A stretch of 54,911 nucleotides of DNA from Methylocystis sp. (GTDB taxonomy: Bacteria > Pseudomonadota > Alphaproteobacteria > Rhizobiales > Beijerinckiaceae), in the NCBI GenBank assembly GCA_049583305.1, contig JBAUVQ010000204.1, positions 1-54,911 of the forward strand. The letters run 5' to 3'. Position numbers and translations under genes: made by a program. The notes below the pieces were generated by a model. It searched no databases. It saw only the letters and a list, made by a program, of their open reading frames with translations, and was not told where the DNA came from. This document shows, piece by piece, positions 32,259-41,740 of the stretch; position 1 is the first letter of the stretch; the number at the start of each line of letters is the position of its first letter.

Positions 32259-32653
32259 TAGAATTTCCCTGAGATGGCGACCGGCCGCCACCGCGTGGAC
32301 CGAAATTGCGTCGAGTCCGCGCGATTCTGGCAAAGTAATCGCGCGTGGCAACAATATTGTAACCGTCGATTCACCGGCTCTCGCTCCAGCGCCCCGCGAA
32401 AGCGCGAAGCCGTCTTCCACGCGCATCAAGAACCCACCCGCCGCGGTAATATTACGACGTCATTGTTTTTTATGGGCATTCAAATGATCTGCAAGGCTTT
32501 TTTGCAATGTATGACGCTTCCATCCGGGTATTGCGTGGGACACAGGACAAATCCGTTTATTTTAATGAAGCATTGGACGCCAAAAGTGGCCGCAGTTGAA
32601 CGCGATTTGACAGCGGGAGTCGCGTTGCCCCCCTGAGAGCCGCCGTTTTCGGC

Positions 32654-33580
32654 TCAAGCCTCGACCGGCCGATGGACGAAGCGATGCGTCGAGGCGACCG
32701 TTTCGAGTGGACGCAAGACCGCGAAGCCGGCGCCAATTTGGCCGCGCGCCGCGCGATTGAACGCGTCGGGCATATGCGAGACAAGCTCGACGCAAAAAAA
32801 GTTCACTCGCGATGGATTATAGACAATCAGAAAGCGCAGATTATCCGACCCCGTGATCGCGAGTTCGCGTCCATCCGGCCAGACCACGCGAACGGCGCCC
32901 TCCAGCCCATCGAAGCAATTGTCGAGAAAGATGTCGTCCAGGGAGCAACCCTTGCGCAAATCCCATTCGGGCGGAAGGTCGGCGTGCTCGGTTGGGAGCA
33001 CGGCAGCGTCCGTCATCCACACGCCGTCGACTTGCGCATACAGGCGCGTCCCCGGCGGCCGAACGATGTAGGGATGCTGTCCCAATCCATAGGGCATGGA
33101 CCGATGGTCGCTGTTAGTCACTGACGTGACGATCGTCAGTCCATCGTCGTTCAACGTGAAGCTCTGTCGCGCCGAGAACGAGAAGGGCCAATCTTCATTG
33201 GCCGCGTGATCGAGAGCGATCGCGCATGCGCTCGCTTCCGCCGCGACCACGCGCCACGCGCTTCGCCAACCTACGCCATGCAATGCATGGGGAGCCGCCG
33301 GGCGGTTCGATGGCAAGCGATGCTCCCTGCCGTGGAAAACGAACCGACCATGGTCGATGCGATTCGAATAGGGAAGCAACGGCCAACAGGCGAGATCCGT
33401 CGGCTGGAGGCGTTCCTGTTCGACCGTTCGGCGCAGCAAAGCGATGGGCGCGCCGCGCGCGCCGAGATAATCGAAGCGAGCGACGCCGCCGCCCGCGCTC
33501 GGCCAGATTTCCGCGAGGAAGCGCTCGTTACGCAATACGAGCTTTTGCTCTGGCGGCGCGAATCCCTTGAAATCCGTCAC
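32654..33580 (-). CDS. Aldose 1-epimerase family protein
   Basis: PLLPYSNRI, HALHGVGW, GLGQHPY, LDNCF, FFCVELVSH; GTG start after GGAG (alternative 33622). Confidence 0.87.
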   Translation of the reverse strand: MTDFKGFAPPEQKLVLRNERFLAEIWPSAGGGVARFDYLGARGAPIALLRRTVEQERLQPTDLACWPLLPYSNRIDHGRFVFHGREHRLPSNRPAAPHALHGVGWRSAWRVVAAEASACAIALDHAANEDWPFSFSARQSFTLNDDGLTIVTSVTNSDHRSMPYGLGQHPYIVRPPGTRLYAQVDGVWMTDAAVLPTEHADLPPEWDLRKGCSLDDIFLDNCFDGLEGAVRVVWPDGRELAITGSDNLRFLIVYNPSRVNFFCVELVSHMPDAFNRAARGQIGAGFAVLRPLETVASTHRFVHRPVEA

Positions 33581-33681
33581 GACTTCACTCCAACCTCCGG
33601 TCGATGAAAATATCGCCGTCATCAATCTGTCAGAGCGCTGTATCATTTCCAAGAACGGGTTCGAGGAATTGGACGGGCGAT

Positions 33682-35646
33682 GTGACCAAGCAACGACTGG
33701 GCGTTTGTTACTACCCCGAACACTGGCCAGACGGCCACTGGGCCGAGGACGCTCGGAGAATGCGCGAGATCGGTCTCGATGTCGTCCGCATCGGCGAATT
33801 CTCATGGTCGCGACTGGAGCCGCGCGATGGGCATTACGATTTCGACTGGCTGAGACGCGCGATTGACACGCTCCACGGCGCCGGCCTCGAGATCGTGCTG
33901 GGCACGCCGACCGCGACGCCACCGAAATGGCTCGTCGACAAAATGCCGGACATGCTGGCGCCGGACGCCAAGGGCCAGGCGCGAAAATTCGGCTCCCGCC
34001 GGCATTATTGCTTCAGCCACGAAGGTTATGCGCGCGAGTGCGATCGTATCGTGACCGCCTTGACCGAGGCCTTCGGCGAGCATCCGGGCGTCAAAGCGTG
34101 GCAAACCGATAATGAATATGGCTGTCACGACACGGTGGAGAGCTATTCGGCCGCGGCGCGCGCCGCATTCCGGCTGTGGTGCCGCCATAAGTATGGAGAG
34201 ATAGACGGGCTCAACCGGGCCTGGGGTAATGTCTTCTGGTCGATGGAGCTATCCAGCTTCGACGAAATCGAACTCCCCAATCTCACCGTGACCGAGGCGA
34301 ACCCGTCGCATCTCCTGGACTTCCAACGCTTTTCATCGGACCAGGTAGTCGCCTTCAACAGGCGCCAGGTCGAGATCATCCGGCGCCAATCGCCCGGCCG
34401 CGCGATCTTGCACAATTTCATGGGCGCCTTCACCGCCTTCGACCATTACGCGGTGGGACAAGATCTCGACGCCGCCGCCTGGGACAGCTATCCCCTCGGC
34501 TTCTTGGAGCGGAGCCCGCGCGGCGAGGCGTTCAAGACGCGCCACATGCGCGTCGGCGATCCGGATTTTCAGGCGTTCCATCACGATCTCTATCGTTCCT
34601 GCGGGCGGAGCCGTTGGTGGGTCATGGAGCAACAACCGGGCGCGGTGAATTGGGGGGCGTGGAATCCAGCGCCGGCGCGGGGCGCGGTGCGGCTATGGAC
34701 ACACGAAGCCTTCGCCGCCGGAGCCGAGGTCGTGAGCTATTTCCGGTGGCGGCAGGCGCCCTTCGCGCAGGAGCAGATGCACGAGGCGCTGTTGCTGCCA
34801 AATTCCGAGCCCAACGAAGCCTACCACGTGGTCGCGGCGCTTTCCGGGGAACTGGCGACGCTGGGCGCCAACGCGCAACCGGGTAGGTCCGCCGTCGCCT
34901 TGGTGTTTGATTACGAAAGCGCCTGGGCGTGGAAAATCCAGCCGCAAGGCCAGGATTTTTCCTATTTCGAACTTGTGTTCGCCTTCTATCGCGGGCTGCG
35001 CCGCCTCGGCCTGTCGGTCGACGTTATTCCGCCATCTCCCGACGCTGTCTCGAACCGGAGACTTGTCGTGGCGCCGGCGCTTTTCGCCGCGCGCCTCGAA
35101 CTAGCGGATGCCCTCGCAAGGAGCGGCGCCACCGTGCTGCTGGGACCGCGAACCGGCTCCAAAACTCCGGATTTCCAAATTCCCGATGATCTCCCGCCGG
35201 GCGCCTTTTGTTCGCTGGTCAACGTAAAGGTTAGGCGCGTCGAAAGCTTGCGCCCTGGCTTCACGGTTCCGGTGGAGGGCGGCTCGGGACATTTTGAGGG
35301 CTGGCGCGAGTTTCTGACGCTAGGGGAAGGCGCCGAAGCCCAATTGCGATCGATAGACGGCGAGATCGTTCTCGCGCGCGGCGGGCGCGCCTTTTATCTC
35401 GCGGGGCGCCCCGACGAATTACTATTGGAGAATGTCTTGCGCCGTGTGTTGGCTTGCGCGAATTTGCCCGCGCTCGATCTGCCGCGAGACATTCGCGTTC
35501 GCGACAATGGCGCCACGCGCTTTGTTTTCAATCATGGCGATACAACCGTGGATATTTCGGCGCTCGTCGGCGACGCACCGCTTCGTCTTGGAGCTAAGAG
35601 CCTTCCTCCATGCGGCGTCGCGGCTTTCGCGCGAACCGCGACCTGA
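33682..35646 (+). CDS. Beta-galactosidase, glycoside hydrolase family 42
   Basis: LGVCYYPEHW, VRIGEFSWSRLEP, LGTPTATPPKW, WQTDNEYGCH, WVMEQQPG, YFRWRQ. Confidence 0.95.
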   Translation: MTKQRLGVCYYPEHWPDGHWAEDARRMREIGLDVVRIGEFSWSRLEPRDGHYDFDWLRRAIDTLHGAGLEIVLGTPTATPPKWLVDKMPDMLAPDAKGQARKFGSRRHYCFSHEGYARECDRIVTALTEAFGEHPGVKAWQTDNEYGCHDTVESYSAAARAAFRLWCRHKYGEIDGLNRAWGNVFWSMELSSFDEIELPNLTVTEANPSHLLDFQRFSSDQVVAFNRRQVEIIRRQSPGRAILHNFMGAFTAFDHYAVGQDLDAAAWDSYPLGFLERSPRGEAFKTRHMRVGDPDFQAFHHDLYRSCGRSRWWVMEQQPGAVNWGAWNPAPARGAVRLWTHEAFAAGAEVVSYFRWRQAPFAQEQMHEALLLPNSEPNEAYHVVAALSGELATLGANAQPGRSAVALVFDYESAWAWKIQPQGQDFSYFELVFAFYRGLRRLGLSVDVIPPSPDAVSNRRLVVAPALFAARLELADALARSGATVLLGPRTGSKTPDFQIPDDLPPGAFCSLVNVKVRRVESLRPGFTVPVEGGSGHFEGWREFLTLGEGAEAQLRSIDGEIVLARGGRAFYLAGRPDELLLENVLRRVLACANLPALDLPRDIRVRDNGATRFVFNHGDTTVDISALVGDAPLRLGAKSLPPCGVAAFARTAT

Positions 35647-35676
35647 CTTGTCTCGCATGGCCTCGAGGAAGCGCGA

Positions 35677-36834
35677 ATGACCGTCACCGAAGAGCTTTTC
35701 TCGAAGTTCAAGGCGTTGTTCGACGCCACGCCGCGCCTATTCCGCGCGCCGGGTCGCGTCAATCTGATTGGCGAGCACACCGACTATAACGACGGCTTCG
35801 TCATGCCCGCCGCGATTGACCTGTCGACCATCGTCGCGATCGCGCCGCGCGGAAACAGAACGCTTCGCGTTCATTCCATCGCCTTCGCTCGGACCGTCGA
35901 ATTCGATCTCGACGAACCTTCGCCCAAGCCGCGCGGCGACTGGAGCGACTATGTGCGGGGCGTCGCGCTCTCCATGGAAAATGCCGGCCACCATCTCATC
36001 GGAGCCGATCTCATGTTGCATGGCGATCTGCCGATGGGATCGGGTCTGTCCGCCTCCGCCGCCCTGGAGGTTGCGGCGGGATTCGCGCTTTGCGGCATCT
36101 CTGGCGTGGAGCTAGATCTCACGGATCTCGCCCTCTACTGTCAGCAAGCGGAAAACGAATTCGTCGGCATGCGTTGCGGCGTCATGGATCAGTTCATCTC
36201 TTGTCACGCCATCGCCGATTGCGCCTTGCTGCTCGATTGCCGCGGCCTCGTGGCGCGGCGCCTGCGTTTGGACCCGCGCGCGCGGCTGGTGATTTGCAAT
36301 ACGATGGTTCATCACGAATTGGCGGGCAGCGCCTATAATGCGCGGCGTGAGTCCTGCGAGCGCGCGGTCGCACTGCTGTCCGGGCCGCTCGGCGGCGTTA
36401 AAGCGTTGCGTGACGTGACGCAAGATCAGCTCACACGCTTCGCCGCGTTCTTGCCCGACCCGATCTTGCGCCGCGCGCGCCATGTCGTCGGCGAAAATGC
36501 ACGCGTGTTGCGGGCGGCGACGGCCCTCGCGGCGGGTGATCTCTCCGAATTCGGATGGATGATGAACGAGTCGCATCGTAGTCTGCGCGACGATTACGAA
36601 GTCAGCTGCCCCGAGTTGGATCTGATGGTTGAGCTGGCGCGCGGCGTCCCCGGCGTATATGGCGCGCGGATGACCGGCGGCGGTTTTGGGGGCTGCACCG
36701 TCAATTTGGTGGAGGCTGACCGCGTCGAAAGTTTCACGGAGATTGTCGGCGAAGCCTATAGGGATGCGACAAAACTAACGCCCCAAATCTTTTGTTGCGC
36801 TCCAGGAGCCGGCGTCGGCGAATTGGATTTGTGA
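35677..36834 (+). CDS. galK: Galactokinase
   Basis: APGRVNLIGEHTDYNDG, GSGLSASAA, CGVMDQ, GARMTGGGFGG. Confidence 0.96.
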   Translation: MTVTEELFSKFKALFDATPRLFRAPGRVNLIGEHTDYNDGFVMPAAIDLSTIVAIAPRGNRTLRVHSIAFARTVEFDLDEPSPKPRGDWSDYVRGVALSMENAGHHLIGADLMLHGDLPMGSGLSASAALEVAAGFALCGISGVELDLTDLALYCQQAENEFVGMRCGVMDQFISCHAIADCALLLDCRGLVARRLRLDPRARLVICNTMVHHELAGSAYNARRESCERAVALLSGPLGGVKALRDVTQDQLTRFAAFLPDPILRRARHVVGENARVLRAATALAAGDLSEFGWMMNESHRSLRDDYEVSCPELDLMVELARGVPGVYGARMTGGGFGGCTVNLVEADRVESFTEIVGEAYRDATKLTPQIFCCAPGAGVGELDL

Positions 36835-36859
36835 ACTCGACGAACAAAGGCGCCCGACA

Positions 36860-37897
36860 TTGCTTTTTCTTCAGGACTCCCCTCATCGCCGTCTCAATCC
36901 TCTCACGGGCGAATGGATATTGGTTTCGCCCCGCCGCGCGAATCGCCCCTGGCTGGGCCAGCTGGAAAAGCCGGCTCAAACTATGATTCCCTCGCACGAT
37001 GACGATTGCTATCTCTGCCCCGGCGCCACGCGCGCCAACGGGCGAGTCAATCCGCTCTATGATGGCGTCTTTGCTTTCGACAATGATTTCGCGGCGCTCC
37101 GATTGGACGCGTCCAGGGATGAGATCGACGACGGGCTCATGGTCGCGCGCGGCGAGCCTGGTCTTTGTCGAGTGATCTGCCTTTCCCCCCGCCACGATTT
37201 GGGCATGTCGCGGATGACGGTTCCGGATGTCGCGCGCGTGGTCGACCGCTGGCGCGACGAATTTCACACATTGGGCGCGCTCGACGCCGTGAATTATGTG
37301 CAGATTTTCGAAAACAGAGGCGAGATGATGGGCGCGAGCAATCCCCATCCGCATTGCCAGATCTGGGCGACCAACAGCCTGCCCAACGAGGTGGAGAAGG
37401 AAGCTCGGGCTCAGTCCGCGTACATGGCGCGACGCGGATCGTGCTTGTTGTGCGACTATCTCGCGCGCGAGAAGTCCATCGGCGAGCGTATCGTTTGCGA
37501 AAACGACGCCTTTGTCGCGCTGGTTCCGTTCTGGGCGACCTGGCCCTTCGAAACAATGGTGCTGGCGAAGCGCCATCTTGGCGCCCTGGACGATTTTGAT
37601 CCAGGCGACAACGCCATGCTGGCCGACATTCTGAAACGTCTGACCCTGCGCTACGATAACTTATTCGAGACGCCCTTTCCCTATACGATGGGCTTTCATC
37701 AGCGCCCGACCGACGGCGCGGAGCATCCTCACTGGCATTTCCATGCTCATTGCTATCCGCCATTACTGCGATCCGCCACGGTGCGGAAATTCATGGTCGG
37801 GTTCGAATTGCTGGGATCACCGCAACGCGACAACACCCCGGAAAGCGCGGCCGAGCGGTTGCGCGAATTATCCGAGGTTCACTATCTCGATCGCTGA
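36860..37897 (+). CDS. galT: Galactose-1-phosphate uridylyltransferase
   Basis: HRRLNPLTGEWILVSP, CYLCPG, FENRGEMMGASNPHPHCQIW, RSATVRKFMVG. Confidence 0.96.
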   Translation: MLFLQDSPHRRLNPLTGEWILVSPRRANRPWLGQLEKPAQTMIPSHDDDCYLCPGATRANGRVNPLYDGVFAFDNDFAALRLDASRDEIDDGLMVARGEPGLCRVICLSPRHDLGMSRMTVPDVARVVDRWRDEFHTLGALDAVNYVQIFENRGEMMGASNPHPHCQIWATNSLPNEVEKEARAQSAYMARRGSCLLCDYLAREKSIGERIVCENDAFVALVPFWATWPFETMVLAKRHLGALDDFDPGDNAMLADILKRLTLRYDNLFETPFPYTMGFHQRPTDGAEHPHWHFHAHCYPPLLRSATVRKFMVGFELLGSPQRDNTPESAAERLRELSEVHYLDR

Positions 37898-38081
37898 ACA
37901 ACGCTCGGTCGAGACAGGTGCGCATTCCCCACGGATACGTCGGCGCGATCGTCTTTAAACAGGCGCCATTATGTGAGCTCATTCCCAAGGGCTTATTGAA
38001 TTTCCACGCCAATGGAAATCGCCGCCCGGAACCCCATTTTGACGCCGCGCGTTTTCGCGAAGCCGCGGCGGCTCTTCGGCC

Positions 38082-38939
38082 TCACCGGAAATTCGCCGCC
38101 GCGGCGATCCTCACTTGGACATCGCGTGGCCGCGCTAGATAGGGCGCCGAGGTCACGAGCACATCGGCGCCCGCCGCAGCGTAGGCGGCCGCGTTCTCCG
38201 CGTTGATCCCGCCCGCCGCGGCGACGACGGGCCGCCGGGCGCTCCCCGACAGCCGCGCGCAAAGACTCGCGATCTGTTCCGGGCTGAATTTTTCGGTCTG
38301 AACGACATCGAATCCCGCGTCCGCCGCCGCCAACGCCGCGGCGACGCTCGTAACTTCGATGACCAGCCGCTTTTCGGGCGCGGCTCGCGACAACCGGAGG
38401 GCCAGCGCGGCAAGCGGCTCGGCCGAAGTGAAGGCGAGATGTTCGGGGAACACCAACACTGTTTCCGAAAGTCCCAGACGGTGCGGAATTGCTCCGCCCG
38501 CCTTGATCGCCGCGATGGCGAAGCGCTTGGTTCCGGGCACGGTCTTGCGCGTGCAGGCGATGGCGACGTGGGGCGAGATCGCTTTAGCGGCATCGACGAT
38601 TTCGCGCGCGGCGCTGGCGACGCCCGACCATATTTCGATGAGGGTCTGCGCGACCTTCCATGATCGCAGCAGCGCGGCGGCCGAGCCCCGCGCGGTCAGA
38701 ATCGGATCGCCGGACTTCAAAACGTCGCCAGATCCGGCGCGAAGCTCGACCTCGCCGCCGGCGAGTTCGATCAAAGCCGCGGCGTCCTCGACCAGCGCGA
38801 GCACCATGGCATCGCGCGCGGCGAAACACATTTCACCGGCGCGCGCGCCAATTCCCAACGCGTCGGTTGTGAGGTCGCCGTAGGGAACGTCCTCGGCGAG
38901 CAGGCGCTCCAGTTCGTGGCGAGAGGCGATCGTCGGCAT
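38082..38939 (-). CDS. modD: ModD protein (NadC/QPRTase-like)
   Basis: EDVPYGDLTT, WKVAQTLIE, CTRKTVPGTK, HRLGLSETVLVFPEH, AAAGGIN. Confidence 0.9.
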   Translation of the reverse strand: MPTIASRHELERLLAEDVPYGDLTTDALGIGARAGEMCFAARDAMVLALVEDAAALIELAGGEVELRAGSGDVLKSGDPILTARGSAAALLRSWKVAQTLIEIWSGVASAAREIVDAAKAISPHVAIACTRKTVPGTKRFAIAAIKAGGAIPHRLGLSETVLVFPEHLAFTSAEPLAALALRLSRAAPEKRLVIEVTSVAAALAAADAGFDVVQTEKFSPEQIASLCARLSGSARRPVVAAAGGINAENAAAYAAAGADVLVTSAPYLARPRDVQVRIAAAANFR

Positions 38940-39153
38940 GCTTCACCCTGTTCGGACTTGGCTTCGTGCAATGGGTCGACAAATCGGGCGCCATGGACGA
39001 GAGGGTGGATTTGATCAGATTCCACGATGACCGACGTCCGGCGACCCCGTGGATCGGCGCATCGCCGTGCGCTCATCGTTCTTCAGGCGGCCCAAGTCAA
39101 CCGTCTTCCGCGAGTTCGAGGCGCGGTGGGGCTGCGCGACCTCCAAGCGAGCA

Positions 39154-39182
39154 ATCGTTAGCTAGCATGTTTATATTGCGAT
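39154..39182. promoter_or_regulatory. Mo-box 1 (ModE/MopAB-type operator)
   Basis: ATCGTTAGCTA-N7-TATATTGCGAT versus the Mo-box consensus ATCGCTATATA-N7-TATATAACGAT. Confidence 0.65.
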
Positions 39183-39209
39183 ATTGCTTACAAGACGGCG
39201 GAGATCCCG

Positions 39210-39225
39210 CGTCAGCAAATCGACA
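39210..39225. promoter_or_regulatory. Possible NifA upstream activator sequence
   Basis: CGT-cagcaaatcg-ACA, one mismatch to TGT-N10-ACA, about 100 nt upstream of the start predicted from the sigma54 site. Confidence 0.35.
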
Positions 39226-39267
39226 AACCGCCCGTCGTGGCCAACCCCGAGCGCCGCTCCTTTTAAA

Positions 39268-39291
39268 TATGTAATAGAATTATATAGAGAT
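39268..39291. promoter_or_regulatory. Mo-box 2 (ModE/MopAB-type operator)
   Basis: TATGTA-N7-TATATAGAGAT in an AT-rich patch just upstream of the -24 element. Confidence 0.55.
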
Positions 39292-39298
39292 GTCCCAT

Positions 39299-39315
39299 TT
39301 GGCCCGCGGATTGCA
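39299..39315 (+). promoter_or_regulatory. Sigma54 (-24/-12) promoter
   Basis: TTGGCCCGCGGATTGCA, exact GG-N10-GC spacing, upstream of GAGGAGG RBS and ATG 39353. Confidence 0.75.
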
Positions 39316-39352
39316 CTCGCCCCATAAGCCGCTCGCGCGGCGAGGAGGGTAA

Positions 39353-40222
39353 ATGCACGAGACCCCAATTCGTAAATTCATCGAGTGTGAAGCGCGTCCG
39401 CTCGCTGTCATTTTGGGAACGAACGAGATCGCTTCGGCGATCGCTGCTCGGCTCACGTATAACGGGCATCGCGTCATCCTCAGCCAAGATCCGTTCACGC
39501 CCGTCCTGCGTCGGAAAATGGCGTTTCACGACGCGCTTTTCGACGAACACGTCGAGGTCGATGGGATTCTTGGCCGCGGCGCCCTCTCTCTCGTGGAGAT
39601 CGCCGAGACGTTCGCGCGAGCCGAGGACGTGGTGGCGGTCACGCCGCTTCAACTGACGGATTTGATGGTCATGCGCCGCCTCGACGCTCTTGTCGACGCC
39701 AGACTGCGGGCGCGAAGCATGACGCCCGATCTCCGCGGCTTCGCGTTCGCCACCCTTGGCGTCGGGCCGCGTTTTGAAACAGGACGCGACTGCGATTGCG
39801 CTCTGAAAATACAAGCTTCCCACGTCGACGCGCTCCTGGACGACGAAGCCGTGACGCCGAACCACGTCACGCGGCCTCTCGGCGTCGCGAGCCCGGAGCC
39901 TTTCATCCGCGCGCAACGCGACGGCGTGTGGCTCACCCCGCTCGACATCGGCGCGCGGGTGTATAAAGGAATCGCTCTCGGGCGTCACGCCGGACTGCGG
40001 GTCTTCGCCCCCTCGGACGGTGTGTTGCTTGGAATAGCGCGCGACGGCGCCTATGCGTCCAAGGGCGCGCGGCTCGTCGAGATCGATTTACGCGGACGCA
40101 CGCCGGTATTGACTGGATCTGACGAGCATGGACGAACGATCGCCAACGCCGCGATGCGAGCGATCCGATCGCTCGCATCGCGTCGCCAGAGCCTCGCGGC
40201 GTCTGACCACGCGCTTTATTGA
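39353..40222 (+). CDS. YqeB-like molybdenum hydroxylase accessory protein (paralog 1)
   Basis: ILGTNEIASAIAARL, LRRKMAFHDALFD, LGVGPRFETGRDCD, C-terminal lipoyl/biotinyl-like region (DIGARVYKG, APSDGVLLGIARDG, VEIDLR). Confidence 0.8.
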   Translation: MHETPIRKFIECEARPLAVILGTNEIASAIAARLTYNGHRVILSQDPFTPVLRRKMAFHDALFDEHVEVDGILGRGALSLVEIAETFARAEDVVAVTPLQLTDLMVMRRLDALVDARLRARSMTPDLRGFAFATLGVGPRFETGRDCDCALKIQASHVDALLDDEAVTPNHVTRPLGVASPEPFIRAQRDGVWLTPLDIGARVYKGIALGRHAGLRVFAPSDGVLLGIARDGAYASKGARLVEIDLRGRTPVLTGSDEHGRTIANAAMRAIRSLASRRQSLAASDHALY

Positions 40223-40235
40223 GGAGATTGCGACG

Positions 40236-40772
40236 ATGAGAAACCAACTCACGCCGAGGCCCTACCGCATCGCCGCCTTGTCGGGTTCGTCTAGTCACGC
40301 GATCCAAAACATTCTCGCCAATTTCGCGCAACGACGTCGCGGCGAAGGCGCCCGGGTGGCCGGCGTCATCGAGGAAGCGCGCTGCTCGGAGCCGGGCGCC
40401 TGCAAAAGCCTAGGCGTGCGGGACCTGGTTTCGGGACAAACCATCTCGATATCGCAAAACCTCGGTCCCGGATCGCAGGCCTGCAATCTCGACCTTTCCG
40501 GCTTGGCGAAAGCCTGCGCCCTCGTCGAGGAAGCGATCGACGATGGCGCCGAGATCGTGATATTGAGCAAGTTCGGCAAGTCGGAAGCCGCCCGAAGCGG
40601 GCTCTACGACGCCTTCAAGGCGGCGGTTTTCGCCGATATCCCCATCGTCACGGCCGTGCCGGCGGTGATGATCGGGGATTGGGAGAGCTTCTCGGTCGGT
40701 CTCGCGCAGTTCGTTGATTGCGAAAGCGCCGCGCTCGAAACCTGGTGGCTTGCCCAAAGGCCGCCACACTGA
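40236..40772 (+). CDS. DUF2478 domain protein
   Basis: RVAGVIE, ISQNLGPGSQACNLD, VILSKFGKSEAA, IPIVTAVP; GAGGAG RBS. Confidence 0.88.
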   Translation: MRNQLTPRPYRIAALSGSSSHAIQNILANFAQRRRGEGARVAGVIEEARCSEPGACKSLGVRDLVSGQTISISQNLGPGSQACNLDLSGLAKACALVEEAIDDGAEIVILSKFGKSEAARSGLYDAFKAAVFADIPIVTAVPAVMIGDWESFSVGLAQFVDCESAALETWWLAQRPPH

Positions 40773-40895
40773 GATGATTAACGGCCAGATCGCGTCGTGG
40801 GAACGGCGACCCTCGCGCCAAGTCTCTTCCCATCGGCGGCCGAGGCCGCCTTCTGGCGCGAGACTGTCCGACGGGATTTGACGGGGCGTAACGTA

Positions 40896-41645
40896 ATGTC
40901 GAAGGCGGGCGACAACAACGACGGACCTTCCTCCTTCTTCAAGGAGACGGCGGCGGCTTTCGCTCAGACAATCCGAGCGCGGCGCGATCGGGCCGAACTC
41001 GTCGGCGCGATCTGCGCGCGGGCCTTCGACAGCTTCGAGCATAATGTGGCGATCCAGGCGGAGGGCGCGCCCGCCCTCGCGTGCGCGGGCGAATGCGCCG
41101 CCTGCTGCGCGCTGCGAGTTGTCGCGACCGCGCCGGAAATCCTGCTGGTCGCGCGTTTCGTCGAGGTGAACGCCCCCGCCTTCCTGGAACGCGGAATTGA
41201 TCTTCGGGGGCGCGTCGCCGAGATGGAAACCACCGTTGGCGGGCTTCCGGAATCGGAGCGCCTGGCGTTGCGGCGCGATTGCCCCCTGCTCGAGCACGGA
41301 CTCTGCCTCGCCTATCGCCTGCGGCCGCTCGCTTGTCGGGGACACGCCGCCTATGATCGGGATGCGTGCGCCAAGGTCACGGCCGGGGAAAACATCCAGG
41401 TCGACATTTCGACGCCGCATCTCGTGGTCCGCGGCCTCATTCAAAACGCGATGATGTCGGCCTTGCGCGACGCAAGGCTTGCATGGCGCCTCTATGAGAT
41501 CAATCGAGGTCTGCACATCGCGCTGACGACGCCGAACCCGATCGAACGTTGGATAGCGGGAGAGGATCCCTTGGCGGCGGCGGCGATAGCCGAATTCGAC
41601 GCGCGCGAGACGGCCTCGGTTTTCGACGAGATCGCCGGCCGTTGA
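40896..41645 (+). CDS. YkgJ family cysteine-cluster (Zn/Fe-S) protein
   Basis: CAGECAACC and CPLLEHGLCLAYRLRPLACR. Confidence 0.85.
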   Translation: MSKAGDNNDGPSSFFKETAAAFAQTIRARRDRAELVGAICARAFDSFEHNVAIQAEGAPALACAGECAACCALRVVATAPEILLVARFVEVNAPAFLERGIDLRGRVAEMETTVGGLPESERLALRRDCPLLEHGLCLAYRLRPLACRGHAAYDRDACAKVTAGENIQVDISTPHLVVRGLIQNAMMSALRDARLAWRLYEINRGLHIALTTPNPIERWIAGEDPLAAAAIAEFDARETASVFDEIAGR

Positions 41646-41687
41646 GCCTGAAGCGGGACGGGGCTTGGCGAGCCGCCAGTTCCCGCG

Positions 41688-41704
41688 CTGGCGACATTCT
41701 TGCT
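41688..41704 (+). promoter_or_regulatory. Sigma54 (-24/-12) promoter
   Basis: CTGGCGACATTCTTGCT, GG-N10-GC spacing, 36 nt before ATG 41741 with GAGGAGG RBS. Confidence 0.7.
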
Positions 41705-41740
41705 GGGCCAAGGCCGAAGCCGCATTCGAGGAGGTGAGGC

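Noticed and set aside
32345..32361. Sigma54-like TGGCAACAATATTGT
   Set aside because: Has GT instead of GC at -12 and points away from the adjacent gene
38945..39076. Possible modC C-terminal scar upstream of modD (minus strand reads ...WNLIKST...)
   Set aside because: Only about 7 residues resemble a TOBE-domain end and the frame is closed just upstream; indistinguishable from chance without a search
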